From Caldilineaceae bacterium (GTDB lineage Bacteria > Chloroflexota > Anaerolineae > Caldilineales > Caldilineaceae), in contig OZ220492.1 in NCBI GenBank assembly GCA_965116185.1, forward strand, positions 675,662 through 739,661: a stretch of DNA of 64,000 nucleotides, given 5' to 3'. Made by a program: the position numbers and the translations under genes. Positions 11,371 through 20,713 of this stretch are shown here, in pieces. A model generated the notes under the pieces. It had not been told where the DNA came from. It worked only from the letters and a program-made list of their open reading frames with translations, and did no database searches. Positions within the stretch are counted from its first letter, which is position 1; every line of letters begins with the position of its first letter.

Positions 11371-12450
11371 TCAGGATTGAAACAGGGACGCTTGTTTAGT
11401 GCCATCGGCTCCCGGCACGTCCAGCCCCAGATGATGGTAGGCACCTGGCGTAGCTATCCGGCCACTGGGTGTGCGTTGCAGAAAACCCAGCTGCAGTAAG
11501 TAGGGTTCCACCACGTCCATCACGGTGTCCGTTTCTTCGCTGATACTAGCCGACAGGGTTTCCAGCCCTACCGGGCCCCCTTCAAACTTGTGGATCAGGC
11601 TTTCCAACAGCCGCCGATCCAGATCATCAAGGCCCAGGGCATCAATGTCCAGCAGATGTAGGCCCTGCTGGGCCACTTGGCGATCAATCCGGTTGTCTGC
11701 CTTGACCTGAGCGAAATCTCGGACACGACGCAGCATGCGCAGGGCAACGCGGGGCGTACCCCGTGCGCGCCGCGCAATTTCATGGGCTCCTTCCGCATCA
11801 ATGCTCACGCCCAGTTCCTGACTAGCCCGCATGACAATGGCCTCCAGGGCCGCAACCTCATAGAAGTCAAAGCGATCGATTACACCGAAACGAGCCCGCA
11901 GAGGAGCTGTCAGTAGGGCCAGCCGCGTGGTGGCCCCGATCACCGTGAAACGAGGCAAGGGCAGACGCACATTGCGGGCTCCCGGACCTGTGCCGATCAC
12001 AATGTCCAGTGTGGCGTCTTCCATAGCCGGGTAAAGGACTTCCTCAATGGCGGGCCGTAGACGATGGATCTCGTCAATGAACAAAATGTCGGCGCGCTGT
12101 AGATTGGTCAGAATGGCGGCGAGATCCCCTTGCCGCTCAATGGCAGGGCCCGAAGTGATTTTGAGCACGGCACCCATCTCGTGCGCCAGAATGTGACTTA
12201 GGGTCGTCTTACCGAGTCCCGGTGGGCCATATAGGAGAACATGATCTAAAGGCTCATTGCGCTGTTGAGCGGCTTGCACCAGAATGGCCATCTTATCCCG
12301 TAAGCCATCCTGTCCAATCATCTCGGACAGCCACTTGGGACGCAAGGCATAATCGGGAACTCGATCTTGATGCTGTTGGGCACCCCCAATCACGCGTTCC
12401 GGCTTAGGGGGAGTCTGGGTGGTTGTGACGTTGCTACTTTGTTTTGCCAT
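11371..12450 (-). CDS. ruvB: Holliday junction branch-migration ATPase RuvB
   Basis: [23 protein letters not shown] and [15 protein letters not shown]. Start taken at MAKQSS (12450); the track start at 12507 would overlap metK. Confidence 0.95.
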   Translation of the reverse strand: MAKQSSNVTTTQTPPKPERVIGGAQQHQDRVPDYALRPKWLSEMIGQDGLRDKMAILVQAAQQRNEPLDHVLLYGPPGLGKTTLSHILAHEMGAVLKITSGPAIERQGDLAAILTNLQRADILFIDEIHRLRPAIEEVLYPAMEDATLDIVIGTGPGARNVRLPLPRFTVIGATTRLALLTAPLRARFGVIDRFDFYEVAALEAIVMRASQELGVSIDAEGAHEIARRARGTPRVALRMLRRVRDFAQVKADNRIDRQVAQQGLHLLDIDALGLDDLDRRLLESLIHKFEGGPVGLETLSASISEETDTVMDVVEPYLLQLGFLQRTPSGRIATPGAYHHLGLDVPGADGTKQASLFQS

Positions 12451-12472
12451 GGGCCGTGTGTGCTGACTTGAG

Positions 12473-13651
12473 TCAAGACCAGGCTGCCATGAAACGAGCG
12501 GCCGCACCCCGTGTCAGATCTTCCCAGGGCAACGCTAGATCCGGACGACCGAAATGACCGTAGGTAGCGGTGGGGCGATATATGGGACGATGTAGCTCCA
12601 GTTCCTGTACGATACCCTGCGGGCTGAGATCGAAGTGCTGTTGGACACTCGCGGCAATATCCACGTCCGACACCTTACCCGTGCTGGACGTTTCCAGCAG
12701 GACACTGACGGGTTCCGGATAGCCGATGGCATAGGCGAGCTGCACTTCACAGCGCCGGGCTAGACCGACAGCCACCACACATTTCGCGACTAGGCGTGCC
12801 ATGTAGGCGGCACTGCGATCTACCTTAGTACAGTCCTTGCCACTGAATGCGCCCCCACCGTGGCGTCCCATGCCGCCATAGGTATCAACGATGATCTTGC
12901 GACCGGTCAGGCCGGCATCCGCCGCGGGACCGCCCACCACGAATCGTCCGGTAGGGTTGATGTGAACGATTAGGCCCTCATCGCGCAGGTCGGTGGGAGT
13001 CAGAACGGGATCGAGGACATGTGCATGGAGCTGGGCGTTGATCTCATCGTTCTCAATGTCGGGTGCATGCTGTGCACTAATGACCACGGTGTGCAGCCGG
13101 TGCGGTATCCCGTTCCGGTACTCGACCGTCACCTGCACCTTGCCGTCCGGGCGCAGCCAGGGCAGGGTACCGGACTTGCGTTGCTCGCTCAGGGTACGTG
13201 CCAGGCTGTGTGCTAGATGGATGGGCAAGGGCATATACGTCGGCGTTTCGTCACAAGCAAACCCGAACATCATGCCTTGATCCCCGGCTCCCTGTTGGGA
13301 TTGGGAAACCCCTGCATCAATGTCCACACTTTGGGCACTGATATGGCTGTGCAAGGTATGTTGATCCGGACCGAAATCCTCTTCCGGACCGTAGCCGATA
13401 TGCTGCAGTACCGCTTTCACCACATCCGCGTAGTTCACTTGGGTCTCAGCCCGCGATGTAATTTCACCCAGGAGAAAGATCTGGGAGGATTTCACGGCTG
13501 TCTCGCAGGCCACACGGGCCATGGGATCCACAGCAAGATGTGCATCAAGCACGGCATCGCTGATTTGGTCACATACTTTATCGGGATGGCCTTCACTCAC
13601 GGATTCACTCGTGAAGAGATGACGGATGGGAGGGTGGCACAGGTGACTCAT
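12473..13651 (-). CDS. metK: S-adenosylmethionine synthetase
   Basis: [23 protein letters not shown] and GGGAFSGKD. Confidence 0.97.
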   Translation of the reverse strand: MSHLCHPPIRHLFTSESVSEGHPDKVCDQISDAVLDAHLAVDPMARVACETAVKSSQIFLLGEITSRAETQVNYADVVKAVLQHIGYGPEEDFGPDQHTLHSHISAQSVDIDAGVSQSQQGAGDQGMMFGFACDETPTYMPLPIHLAHSLARTLSEQRKSGTLPWLRPDGKVQVTVEYRNGIPHRLHTVVISAQHAPDIENDEINAQLHAHVLDPVLTPTDLRDEGLIVHINPTGRFVVGGPAADAGLTGRKIIVDTYGGMGRHGGGAFSGKDCTKVDRSAAYMARLVAKCVVAVGLARRCEVQLAYAIGYPEPVSVLLETSSTGKVSDVDIAASVQQHFDLSPQGIVQELELHRPIYRPTATYGHFGRPDLALPWEDLTRGAAARFMAAWS

Positions 13652-13701
13652 AGAGGGCTTGCTAGCAGAAAAAGCAAAGAAAAAAGAAGATCCTCGTCGC
13701 G

Positions 13702-14967
13702 TTAGGTAGTGCCCAAGGACCAGCTGTGGAGATATGCGGATTGGTCATCTGTCAAGCTGTCGATTTGGATGCCCATGGCCTCCAGCTTGAGGTGGGCAAT
13801 TTCCTGGTCAATGTCCGCGGTGACATCGTAGACATCGGGGGCAAGCTCAGCGCCGTGCTGGATCATGTGCAGGGCGGCCAGGGCCTGATTCGCGAAACTC
13901 ATATCCATCACGGTAGACGGATGGCCTTCCGCCGCCGCCAGGTTCACTAGGCGACCCTCCCCAATGACATAGAAATGACGTCCGTCGCGCAGGTGGTATT
14001 CGTCTAAGCAGGGACGGATGCGGATCACTTCTTGACTAAGATCCCGCAGAGCATCCAGATTAATTTCCACGTCAAAGTGACCACTGTTGGCGAGGATAGC
14101 CCCATCCGGCATGACCTCAAAGTGTTGTCGATCCAGAATGTGGCGATTCCCCGTGGCACTGCAGAAAATTTCGCCCACCCGGGCTGCTTCCAACATAGGC
14201 ATGACCCGATAGCCGTCCATGACGGCTTCCAGGGCCCGGATCGGATCCACCTCGGTAACAATGACATTGGCCCCCAGGCCACGGGCACGGGCAGCGATAC
14301 CGCGGCTACACCAACCGTAGCCGGCTACAACAAAACTGCGTCCGGCTAACAGAATATTAGTGGCCCGGATGATACCGTCCAGGGTGCTCTGTCCTGTCCC
14401 GTACCGGTTATCAAACAGATGCTTGGTCTGGGCGTCATTGACAGCCATGACCGGATACCGCAGGGCCCCCTGCTGGGCCATGGCCTTGAGTCGGATGACA
14501 CCGGTCGTGGTTTCTTCGGTACCACCCACCACTTGATCCAGCAAATCCTGGCGTTCGGTATGCAATAGGGCCAGCAAATCCATACCGTCATCCATCGTCA
14601 AATGCGGCTGGATATCCAGTACGGCGGCCAAATGGCCCGTATACGTTGCCGTGGACGCACCTTTCCGTGCAAAGACCGGAACCTCGTACCGGGTGACTAG
14701 AGCTGCGGCCACGTCATCCTGGGTACTGAGGGGGTTGCTGGCGCACAGTGCTAGATCAGCTCCGCCGGCCAGCAGGGCACGTACCAGATTGCCGGTTTCT
14801 GTGGTCACGTGCATGCAAGCGGCCATGCGCACGCCACGAAACGGCTGGGTTGCGGCAAATCGTTTTTCCAGAGCGGCCAGTACGGGCATTTCCTTGCGTG
14901 CCCAGGCCATACGGCTAAGACCCTCTGCGGCCAAGGAGATATCGGTTATGTCACAATTCAGATGCAT
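13702..14967 (-). CDS. ahcY: adenosylhomocysteinase
   Basis: [14 protein letters not shown], the NAD-fold [30 protein letters not shown] and SGHFDVEI. Confidence 0.96.
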   Translation of the reverse strand: MHLNCDITDISLAAEGLSRMAWARKEMPVLAALEKRFAATQPFRGVRMAACMHVTTETGNLVRALLAGGADLALCASNPLSTQDDVAAALVTRYEVPVFARKGASTATYTGHLAAVLDIQPHLTMDDGMDLLALLHTERQDLLDQVVGGTEETTTGVIRLKAMAQQGALRYPVMAVNDAQTKHLFDNRYGTGQSTLDGIIRATNILLAGRSFVVAGYGWCSRGIAARARGLGANVIVTEVDPIRALEAVMDGYRVMPMLEAARVGEIFCSATGNRHILDRQHFEVMPDGAILANSGHFDVEINLDALRDLSQEVIRIRPCLDEYHLRDGRHFYVIGEGRLVNLAAAEGHPSTVMDMSFANQALAALHMIQHGAELAPDVYDVTADIDQEIAHLKLEAMGIQIDSLTDDQSAYLHSWSLGTT

Positions 14968-14987
14968 GGGCCATCAGGGTATAGGCG

Positions 14988-15015
14988 CCACCGGCACCCA
15001 TCCGGGCGCAGGTGG
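14988..15015 (-). promoter_or_regulatory. stable stem-loop in the ahcY-metK leader (CCACC-U-GCGCCC-GGAU-GGGUGC-C-GGUGG)
   Basis: Hand-folded from the minus strand: 11 bp with one 1x1 mismatch and a 4-nt loop. It ends about 20 nt before the ahcY ATG and follows a TATAAT in an AT-rich spacer. Confidence 0.35.
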
Positions 15016-15101
15016 TAAGGATAGAATATATCTATAGATTATAGAACAGTATAGTCGAATAAGCGGGTGTCATGGGGTTTTCTACAAGACACGGCGAGGT
15101 A

Positions 15102-15677
15102 TCAGAGTAGGGACGGCGGCGGTTCTACCTGCTCCATGCGTTGCAGCAATGTAGCACCATCCGTATCCACTAGAATATAGTCACGCATGTGTGCTCGGAT
15201 AAATCCTTCGCTGACAGCATGGTCCAGCCAGGTGTGCAGCCCGGCGTAAAAGTGGCAGATATCCAGGATGCCCACAGCCTGGTGTGTAAGACCTAGCTGT
15301 GTCCAGGTAAGGGCTTCCCAGAATTCGTCTAGCGTGCCCAAGCCGCCGGGGAGAGCTACTACGGCGTCCGATTGCTCCAACATGATCCGCTTACGTTCAT
15401 GCATGTCGGATACGATGATCCGGGGACCGAGGGGTTCGCCCGCCGTTTCCTTGTCCACCAGAAAATCCGGGATGACACCCAAAAGGGTTCCGCCACCATC
15501 CTGCACACCGCGGGCGACCGCACCCATCATACCTTGGGTACCGGCCCCAAACACCAGACGGATCGACCGTTGGGCCATAAGGCGACCAAAATCGTAGGCC
15601 CGTTTAGTATACCGCGCCGGTACTGCCGGCTGGGCCCCACAGTACACCGCCACAGATTGAATAGAGGTGGGAGCCAT
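15102..15677 (-). CDS. LOG-family (TIGR00730) nucleotide 5'-monophosphate phosphoribohydrolase
   Basis: VAVYCG..., PGGLGTLDEFWEALTWTQLG (the PGGxGTxxE motif). The ATG at 15677 is 1 nt from the mtnA stop. Confidence 0.85.
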   Translation of the reverse strand: MAPTSIQSVAVYCGAQPAVPARYTKRAYDFGRLMAQRSIRLVFGAGTQGMMGAVARGVQDGGGTLLGVIPDFLVDKETAGEPLGPRIIVSDMHERKRIMLEQSDAVVALPGGLGTLDEFWEALTWTQLGLTHQAVGILDICHFYAGLHTWLDHAVSEGFIRAHMRDYILVDTDGATLLQRMEQVEPPPSLL

Positions 15678-15678
15678 G

Positions 15679-16746
15679 TCAGATCGCCGTCGGTCTCTGG
15701 TGGGCGGTCTGGACTGCATGCGCCAGTGACTGGGTAAAGGGGGGATAGCAGATTCCTATCTCAGTCACAATACCTGTCACATAGTGATGGGGCGTAATAT
15801 CAAACGCCGGATTGTACACGGGCACATCAGCAGGGGCTACCGGAGTACCACCGAAACGGGTCACTTCCTCGGCGCCTCGCTCCTCAATAGGGATTTGGTC
15901 ACCCGTAGACGTGGCGAGATCCAGCGTGGAGGTGGGCGCAACACAGTAGACGGGAATACCGTGTGCGTGCGCCAACACGGCCACGTTGTAGGTGCCGATC
16001 TTGTTGGCCACGTCTCCGTTGGCGGCCACGCGATCCGCCCCGAAGATCACGACATCCACCTGGCCGGATCGCATCAGTGAGCCCGAGACATTGTCAGCGA
16101 TCAGGTGCATGGGTACCTCGGCCCGTAGCAGTTCCCAGGCCGTCAGCCGCGCACCCTGTAGCCGGGGCCGGGTTTCGTTCACCCATACATGCACGTTTTT
16201 GCCTTGTGCCTGACAGGCGTACACTACGCCCAAAGCCGTGCCAAAGTCAACGGTCGCCAACGAGCCCGTATTGCAGTGGTGAAGTAGATTGGCGCCATCC
16301 GGGATGACTGTCGCACCCCAATGACCCATCCGGTGATTGATGTCTACATCCGCATCCGCCAGGGCTTGGGCTTCATCTAGGGCCCGCTGCCGTAGGTGCT
16401 CCACATCCGTGGCCGGATCCGTGGACACGGCTTCTAAAATGCGCGTGGTAGCCCAACTCAGGTTCACGGCCGTTGGCCGCGCTGCATCCAGTTCCTGTTT
16501 GGCTGCCCGTAGCGTGCCAAGCAACGTATCCCTTTCCTGCGCCGTACTGTGGCACGCGGCCAGAGCCATACCGTACGCGGCGGTAGCGCCAATAGCGGGG
16601 GCTCCCCGTACATACATCTGAGCAATACTGGCGGCGACTTCGGTGACTGTACGCAGGGTCGCAATCTCCAGCTTGTGGGGTAATTGCCGTTGGTCAATGA
16701 GCTTGACTGTACGGTCTTCCCAATATACCGTGGCCACAATACTCAC
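15679..16746 (-). CDS. mtnA: S-methyl-5-thioribose-1-phosphate isomerase (eIF-2B alpha/beta/delta-like)
   Basis: [27 protein letters not shown] and [19 protein letters not shown]. Confidence 0.9.
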   Translation of the reverse strand: MSIVATVYWEDRTVKLIDQRQLPHKLEIATLRTVTEVAASIAQMYVRGAPAIGATAAYGMALAACHSTAQERDTLLGTLRAAKQELDAARPTAVNLSWATTRILEAVSTDPATDVEHLRQRALDEAQALADADVDINHRMGHWGATVIPDGANLLHHCNTGSLATVDFGTALGVVYACQAQGKNVHVWVNETRPRLQGARLTAWELLRAEVPMHLIADNVSGSLMRSGQVDVVIFGADRVAANGDVANKIGTYNVAVLAHAHGIPVYCVAPTSTLDLATSTGDQIPIEERGAEEVTRFGGTPVAPADVPVYNPAFDITPHHYVTGIVTEIGICYPPFTQSLAHAVQTAHQRPTAI

Positions 16747-16760
16747 CTCACGCGGTGTGT

Positions 16761-17678
16761 TTAGCGGACAAGAGCCGGTTCTATCCCTTCTAGGATGGCA
16801 TCCAGTTCAACCCGATCCTGTTCATCCAGAAAATACCGGGGCATGCGGCAGTGCGCGGTGCGGAACACATCCCGGCGCTGCAGCACTTCCTTGTACACGG
16901 CCACGCCGTGCAGACGTTCAAAGGCAATCAGGGGCAGGATTTGGTTGAATAGGGCTCGGGCTTCCTGCTCACGGCCGGCTTCCAGTAGATTCCAGAGCCG
17001 CACGTGCTGATGAGCTATCTGGCAGGCCGGCATATTGCCACATGCCCCACGCCGATATTCATCCAGCAGGAAGATACCGCCCTGACCGCCAAACACTCCG
17101 CGACAGCTGTCGCCAGCGGCTTCCAGGGTAGCGGAAAGTTGCCGGGGTTCCGGCCAAGTTTCTTCCTTAACATACTGCACCATAGCCAATTCCCGGCATA
17201 TATGTCCCACCTGAACTGCGGACATAGGTGTACCTACGGGACCCAGACAATTCTGGAGCACGATTGGGATAGTTACGGCTGTGGATAACTGCTGATAATA
17301 GGCATAGCACCCGGCAGCGTCGGGATGGAGCAGATAAGGGGGCACGGCCATAATGCCGTCTGCACCCTGGCCCTCCGCCCAACGGGAGAAAGCCGCGGCC
17401 ACATTGGCATGCAACCCTGATGTTGTAGCGATGAAGGGTACCCGGTCTCCACAGGCATCTAGTACGATCTGCATCCAGGTTTCTTTCTCGGCATCGGACA
17501 GGGTACCGAATTCACTGGCGTTAGCAGGACCCACCAAGCCCTGGACGCCGGCGTCTAAGCAATATTCCACTTCACGGCGCAGGCTGGCTTCATCCAGATT
17601 TAGATCGTTGTCAAAGGGTGTGACGACAATGACAAATATGCCACGCCACGGAGCCTGTGTGTTCATATCAATGTCCAT
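16761..17678 (-). CDS. dihydrodipicolinate synthase / N-acetylneuraminate lyase family class I aldolase (specific function unclear)
   Basis: [21 protein letters not shown]...GVQGLVG...[11 protein letters not shown], about 300 aa. Length and N-terminal pattern fit the family. Confidence 0.7.
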   Translation of the reverse strand: MDIDMNTQAPWRGIFVIVVTPFDNDLNLDEASLRREVEYCLDAGVQGLVGPANASEFGTLSDAEKETWMQIVLDACGDRVPFIATTSGLHANVAAAFSRWAEGQGADGIMAVPPYLLHPDAAGCYAYYQQLSTAVTIPIVLQNCLGPVGTPMSAVQVGHICRELAMVQYVKEETWPEPRQLSATLEAAGDSCRGVFGGQGGIFLLDEYRRGACGNMPACQIAHQHVRLWNLLEAGREQEARALFNQILPLIAFERLHGVAVYKEVLQRRDVFRTAHCRMPRYFLDEQDRVELDAILEGIEPALVR

Positions 17679-18178
17679 TCCCTATGATATTGGATGCGGG
17701 GCAAAACAGGGCAACAAAGGGCACAGAGCCAGAACAGGAAAATCCGTATAGTTGGTAGAGGGTGGAGACTTGCCCTCATTAAGGTGGGGCTAATCTTTGC
17801 GCTCTAGTACATAACTCCGGGCGGCGCGGGTACTGAGATAGGCGACAGTCAAGATGAGTGTGACTAGAAAGATGTCTTGGTGTTAGGTGACTGTGGGCAA
17901 TAGGCCAAATACAAGGTTGTCTGGATCCGATACGCGGGCCGGGTATGGTGGGCCTCTAGGCATGATCTAGGATCTGGCATGTGCGGCAGGACAGGTCGCC
18001 TATTTATCGCCCCTAATAGGCCCTCGTCGCTAGCATCTTTTGCAATGTCTATAATTGACGTAATGGGCGCAGTACCCCCTGCGTGGTCCCGATGATAGAC
18101 GTGCCCTGCGGACGTCAACGTTGTGCCGATGCGGAGCGGTGCGGGCTGCCTTGAGCCGACACGAAGAAGGAAGTACCT

Positions 18179-18427
18179 ATGGAGATGATCAACAAGCGGG
18201 TCTTGCGGGATTTGCGAGAGGCCGGTATGGAACGGGATCAGGCGGAAGCCGTCGCGTCCCACATTCCTGATTGGAACCAGTTTGCGACCAAGGATGACAT
18301 CCGGGCGCTTCAATTGGAGTTGGGCCGGATGGAAAAGCGGCTCATACGGTGGATAGTCCTACTTTTGGTCGTCTCCGTGCTCCTGACCTTGATCGGGGTG
18401 ATCAGCCCGCTTTTTTATTTTCTCTAG
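18179..18427 (+). CDS. DUF1640-like tail-anchored coiled-coil protein (copy 1)
   Basis: MEMINKRVLRDLREAGMERDQAEAVASHIPDWNQFATKDDIRALQLEL...C-terminal TM. GAAGGAAG lies upstream. A paralogue sits at 18702. Confidence 0.7.
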   Translation: MEMINKRVLRDLREAGMERDQAEAVASHIPDWNQFATKDDIRALQLELGRMEKRLIRWIVLLLVVSVLLTLIGVISPLFYFL

Positions 18428-18701
18428 TCTGTCTGTGGGGCCTGTCATCAGCGGCTCCCGCAAGCCTTCTCTCTTAGCACGTACGCGTTTGTTCGTAGTA
18501 GATATGGGGCCATGGTCACGTCAGCAACCTGACCGGTAGAAGCTCGGCACCGGGCATGCTACAATAAATATGCGTCCGGGGATGAACTCATCAGGGCTTC
18601 CTGGATCGGCAGACCGTCCTTGTGGGTATCCGGAGAGTTTTGACTTTGAGGATCGGAACGATACGGATGTCCCGATCCTCCACTCCTTGGAGGTCAATAG
18701 T

Positions 18702-18938
18702 ATGGAGATGAGCAACCAGTGAGCCTTGCAGGGTTTATGGGCAGCAGGCATGGATCGTGATCAGGTTGAGGCTGCCACGACCCATATCCCGGATTGGTCA
18801 CAGTTTGCCACCAAGGCTGATTTGGAAGGGGCCTTAAAGGACCTAAAAGGGGAACTGATCCGTTGGATGGCCCTATTACTGGCGGCCCCGCTGCTTCTTG
18901 CCCTGATAGGGGGTCTGGTGACCCTGTCCCTTCGCTAG
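18702..18938 (+). pseudogene. DUF1640-like paralogue (copy 2) with an in-frame TGA at codon 7 (18720-18722)
   Basis: GGAGG-N8-ATG GAG ATG AGC AAC CAG TGA GCC TTG... gives MEMSNQ*ALQGLWAAGMDRDQVEAATTHIPDWSQFATKADL. It aligns residue for residue with copy 1, and the stop falls opposite Arg7. Confidence 0.65.
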
Positions 18939-19089
18939 TTTGTCTATGAGCACTGCCGGCCTATGTGAACCACTGCCGGAGTCCAGGGTAGCAAGTGACT
19001 GACGCCCACCGTACGCTGTCCTATGACCGTCGGGGAAAGCCCACAATTGATATGCAGATCGTTGTCCAGGGTCATGCTGATATCAGTTA

Positions 19090-19401
19090 ATGAATCTACC
19101 GGATCCCGCTCTTGCTAGAGCTTGCATGCCACGGTATTCTCACGTGATTGAGCAAGTCTTGAACATGGTAAAGCTTGTCACGCAGGACGTTTATGGGCAG
19201 TTGGCTATGGGGAACCAGGCGGTCCTGGATCTCGTGCAAGGAAATGGTCATGATATTGAGACCTTCCGTCTAGTCCTACCTTTTCAGATGCCAAGAGAAA
19301 AGCAACACCAATTGCAGAGTAAGAGTCCCTATTCTGCTATGGTTTCAGTGTGCCTCCCACAAGCCGAGATCATAGCTAACTTCGTAGCAAGTATGTTGTA
19401 G
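19090..19401 (+). CDS. hypothetical protein (103 aa) in a lower-GC patch
   Basis: ORF only, with no clear RBS. An intrinsic terminator lies 70 nt downstream on the same strand. Confidence 0.3.
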   Translation: MNLPDPALARACMPRYSHVIEQVLNMVKLVTQDVYGQLAMGNQAVLDLVQGNGHDIETFRLVLPFQMPREKQHQLQSKSPYSAMVSVCLPQAEIIANFVASML

Positions 19402-19472
19402 TGGAAGCACGTGCCAGTAGTCATGACAACCCCATGAGGTAAATCCACCACGTATGTGACTTGTGTGCCCGC

Positions 19473-19496
19473 GCCTTCGGCATAGAAGGCTTTTTT
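19473..19496 (+). terminator. rho-independent terminator GCCTTC-ggcata-GAAGGC-TTTTTT
   Basis: Read directly: a 6-bp GC-rich stem, a 6-nt loop and a T6 tract. It argues against track ORF 19463..19651, which spans it. Confidence 0.65.
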
Positions 19497-19655
19497 CACG
19501 CGCGTATTTAAAAACAGTGGAATCGGTGAATCTAGTGGATCCTATGGATCTACTGACAACAACTCCCGAGCATACGGAGCGCGTGCGCGACCAAATTTGC
19601 TGTGGGGAGTTAGGAATTCAAATGCACGCGGATACGCCTGGGGGAGAGTGACACC

Positions 19656-20166
19656 ATGATCGTATATAGCAGCCCCGACCGCGTGGTCCCGTGCCTAGCG
19701 ATTGCGGCCCTGGCCCTGGAGCTGGCGGAGATAGCCCTAGCCGGGAACCCGGCACACACGGACGGGGAGATCCAAGCCCTAACGGATGCGGCCCGTGCCT
19801 CTGACTCATCTGGACCTTGTGTGCCAATGCCGGGCCCTAGGCGTGTCGGTCCGCAACCTGGCCGCCATCCCCGCGGGGACTCATGCCACGGTGACTTGGA
19901 AAAAGGCGGGGACAGGCAAGCAGCATCCCCAGCGATGCCGTACGGCGGACCCGCAGCAATATTGCTACAAAGTAGTGCTCTGGACCGATGCCGTGGGTGA
20001 CAAAGGCGACAGGGAAGAAGTCGTAGATTACACCGAAACCAGTGCACGGGTAGTAGAGATCATCGGTCTAACATCCGGGGCCCAATACGCGGTACTGGTG
20101 CGGTTCTATTCTGCGGAGTGTGACAATTGGGCCAAAGCCCAGCGTGTAATCTGGCCCCAACCGTAA
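19656..20166 (+). pseudogene. small protein with a C-terminal fibronectin-type-III-like domain, apparently frameshifted near 19783-19800
   Basis: GGGGGAGAG lies 7 nt before the ATG at 19656 (MIVYSSPDRVV...EIQALTDAAR). The sensible continuation is in the +1 frame: VRNLAAIPAGTHATVTWKKAG...YKVVLW...ARVVEIIGLTSGAQYAVLVRF, an FN3 strand pattern. The original frame turns into P/G/R-rich nonsense. Confidence 0.5.
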
Positions 20167-20235
20167 GCGGCCCGGCCCAAGGCCCGCCGGCCTGCCAGGC
20201 TAGGATTGGGGCCCGTGCGACTCCCTTTCCGTTTT

Positions 20236-20481
20236 CTATTTTTCCATTAGCCGAGCGATGATTTCCTCCCGCTCACGTACCCGCCGGGCCTGCTCCTTAC
20301 GGTATCCCCACACGCACCCGGACACGATTACGGCAGCCACTACAGCTAGAGTACTGAAAAAGGCGATCGGGTAAGTATCAATCATGTACGTGATAAAGAG
20401 CCAGATAAAGATCACGGCCACGATTACGAACGCGAACCAAATGAACGTGACTATGAGCTCGCCTAATGTTGGGCTGTTCAT
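20236..20481 (-). CDS. small membrane protein (81 aa, 2-3 TM, basic C-terminal tail)
   Basis: LIVTFIWFAFVIVAVIFIWLFITYMI, IAFFSTLAVVAAVIVSGCVW, then RKEQARRVREREE. Confidence 0.5.
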   Translation of the reverse strand: MNSPTLGELIVTFIWFAFVIVAVIFIWLFITYMIDTYPIAFFSTLAVVAAVIVSGCVWGYRKEQARRVREREEIIARLMEK

Positions 20482-20713
20482 GGTGTGTCAATACCCCTTG
20501 TGTTTATCATAGACATACCCGGCCCCGCAGGCGTGCCGTCCCGCCTGGAGACAGTGCCCGACCGGGACAAAGTGGTGCGGTTTTGTACTAATTGATTGAG
20601 TCTGTAGCTTGACAGTTGATCCAGGCGGCTTTAGGCTCTGAGTTTGACTTGGCTGTCGCGTAGGTCATGCCGGACGGGAACTGGTGTGGAATCCACGTCC
20701 CCGTCCGATCATA

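Noticed and set aside
17864-18313. A 149-aa minus-strand ORF in the spacer before the DUF1640-like genes.
   Set aside because: It overlaps the plus-strand DUF1640-like gene, which is supported by a paralogue and an RBS. It has no recognisable motif and no RBS of its own.
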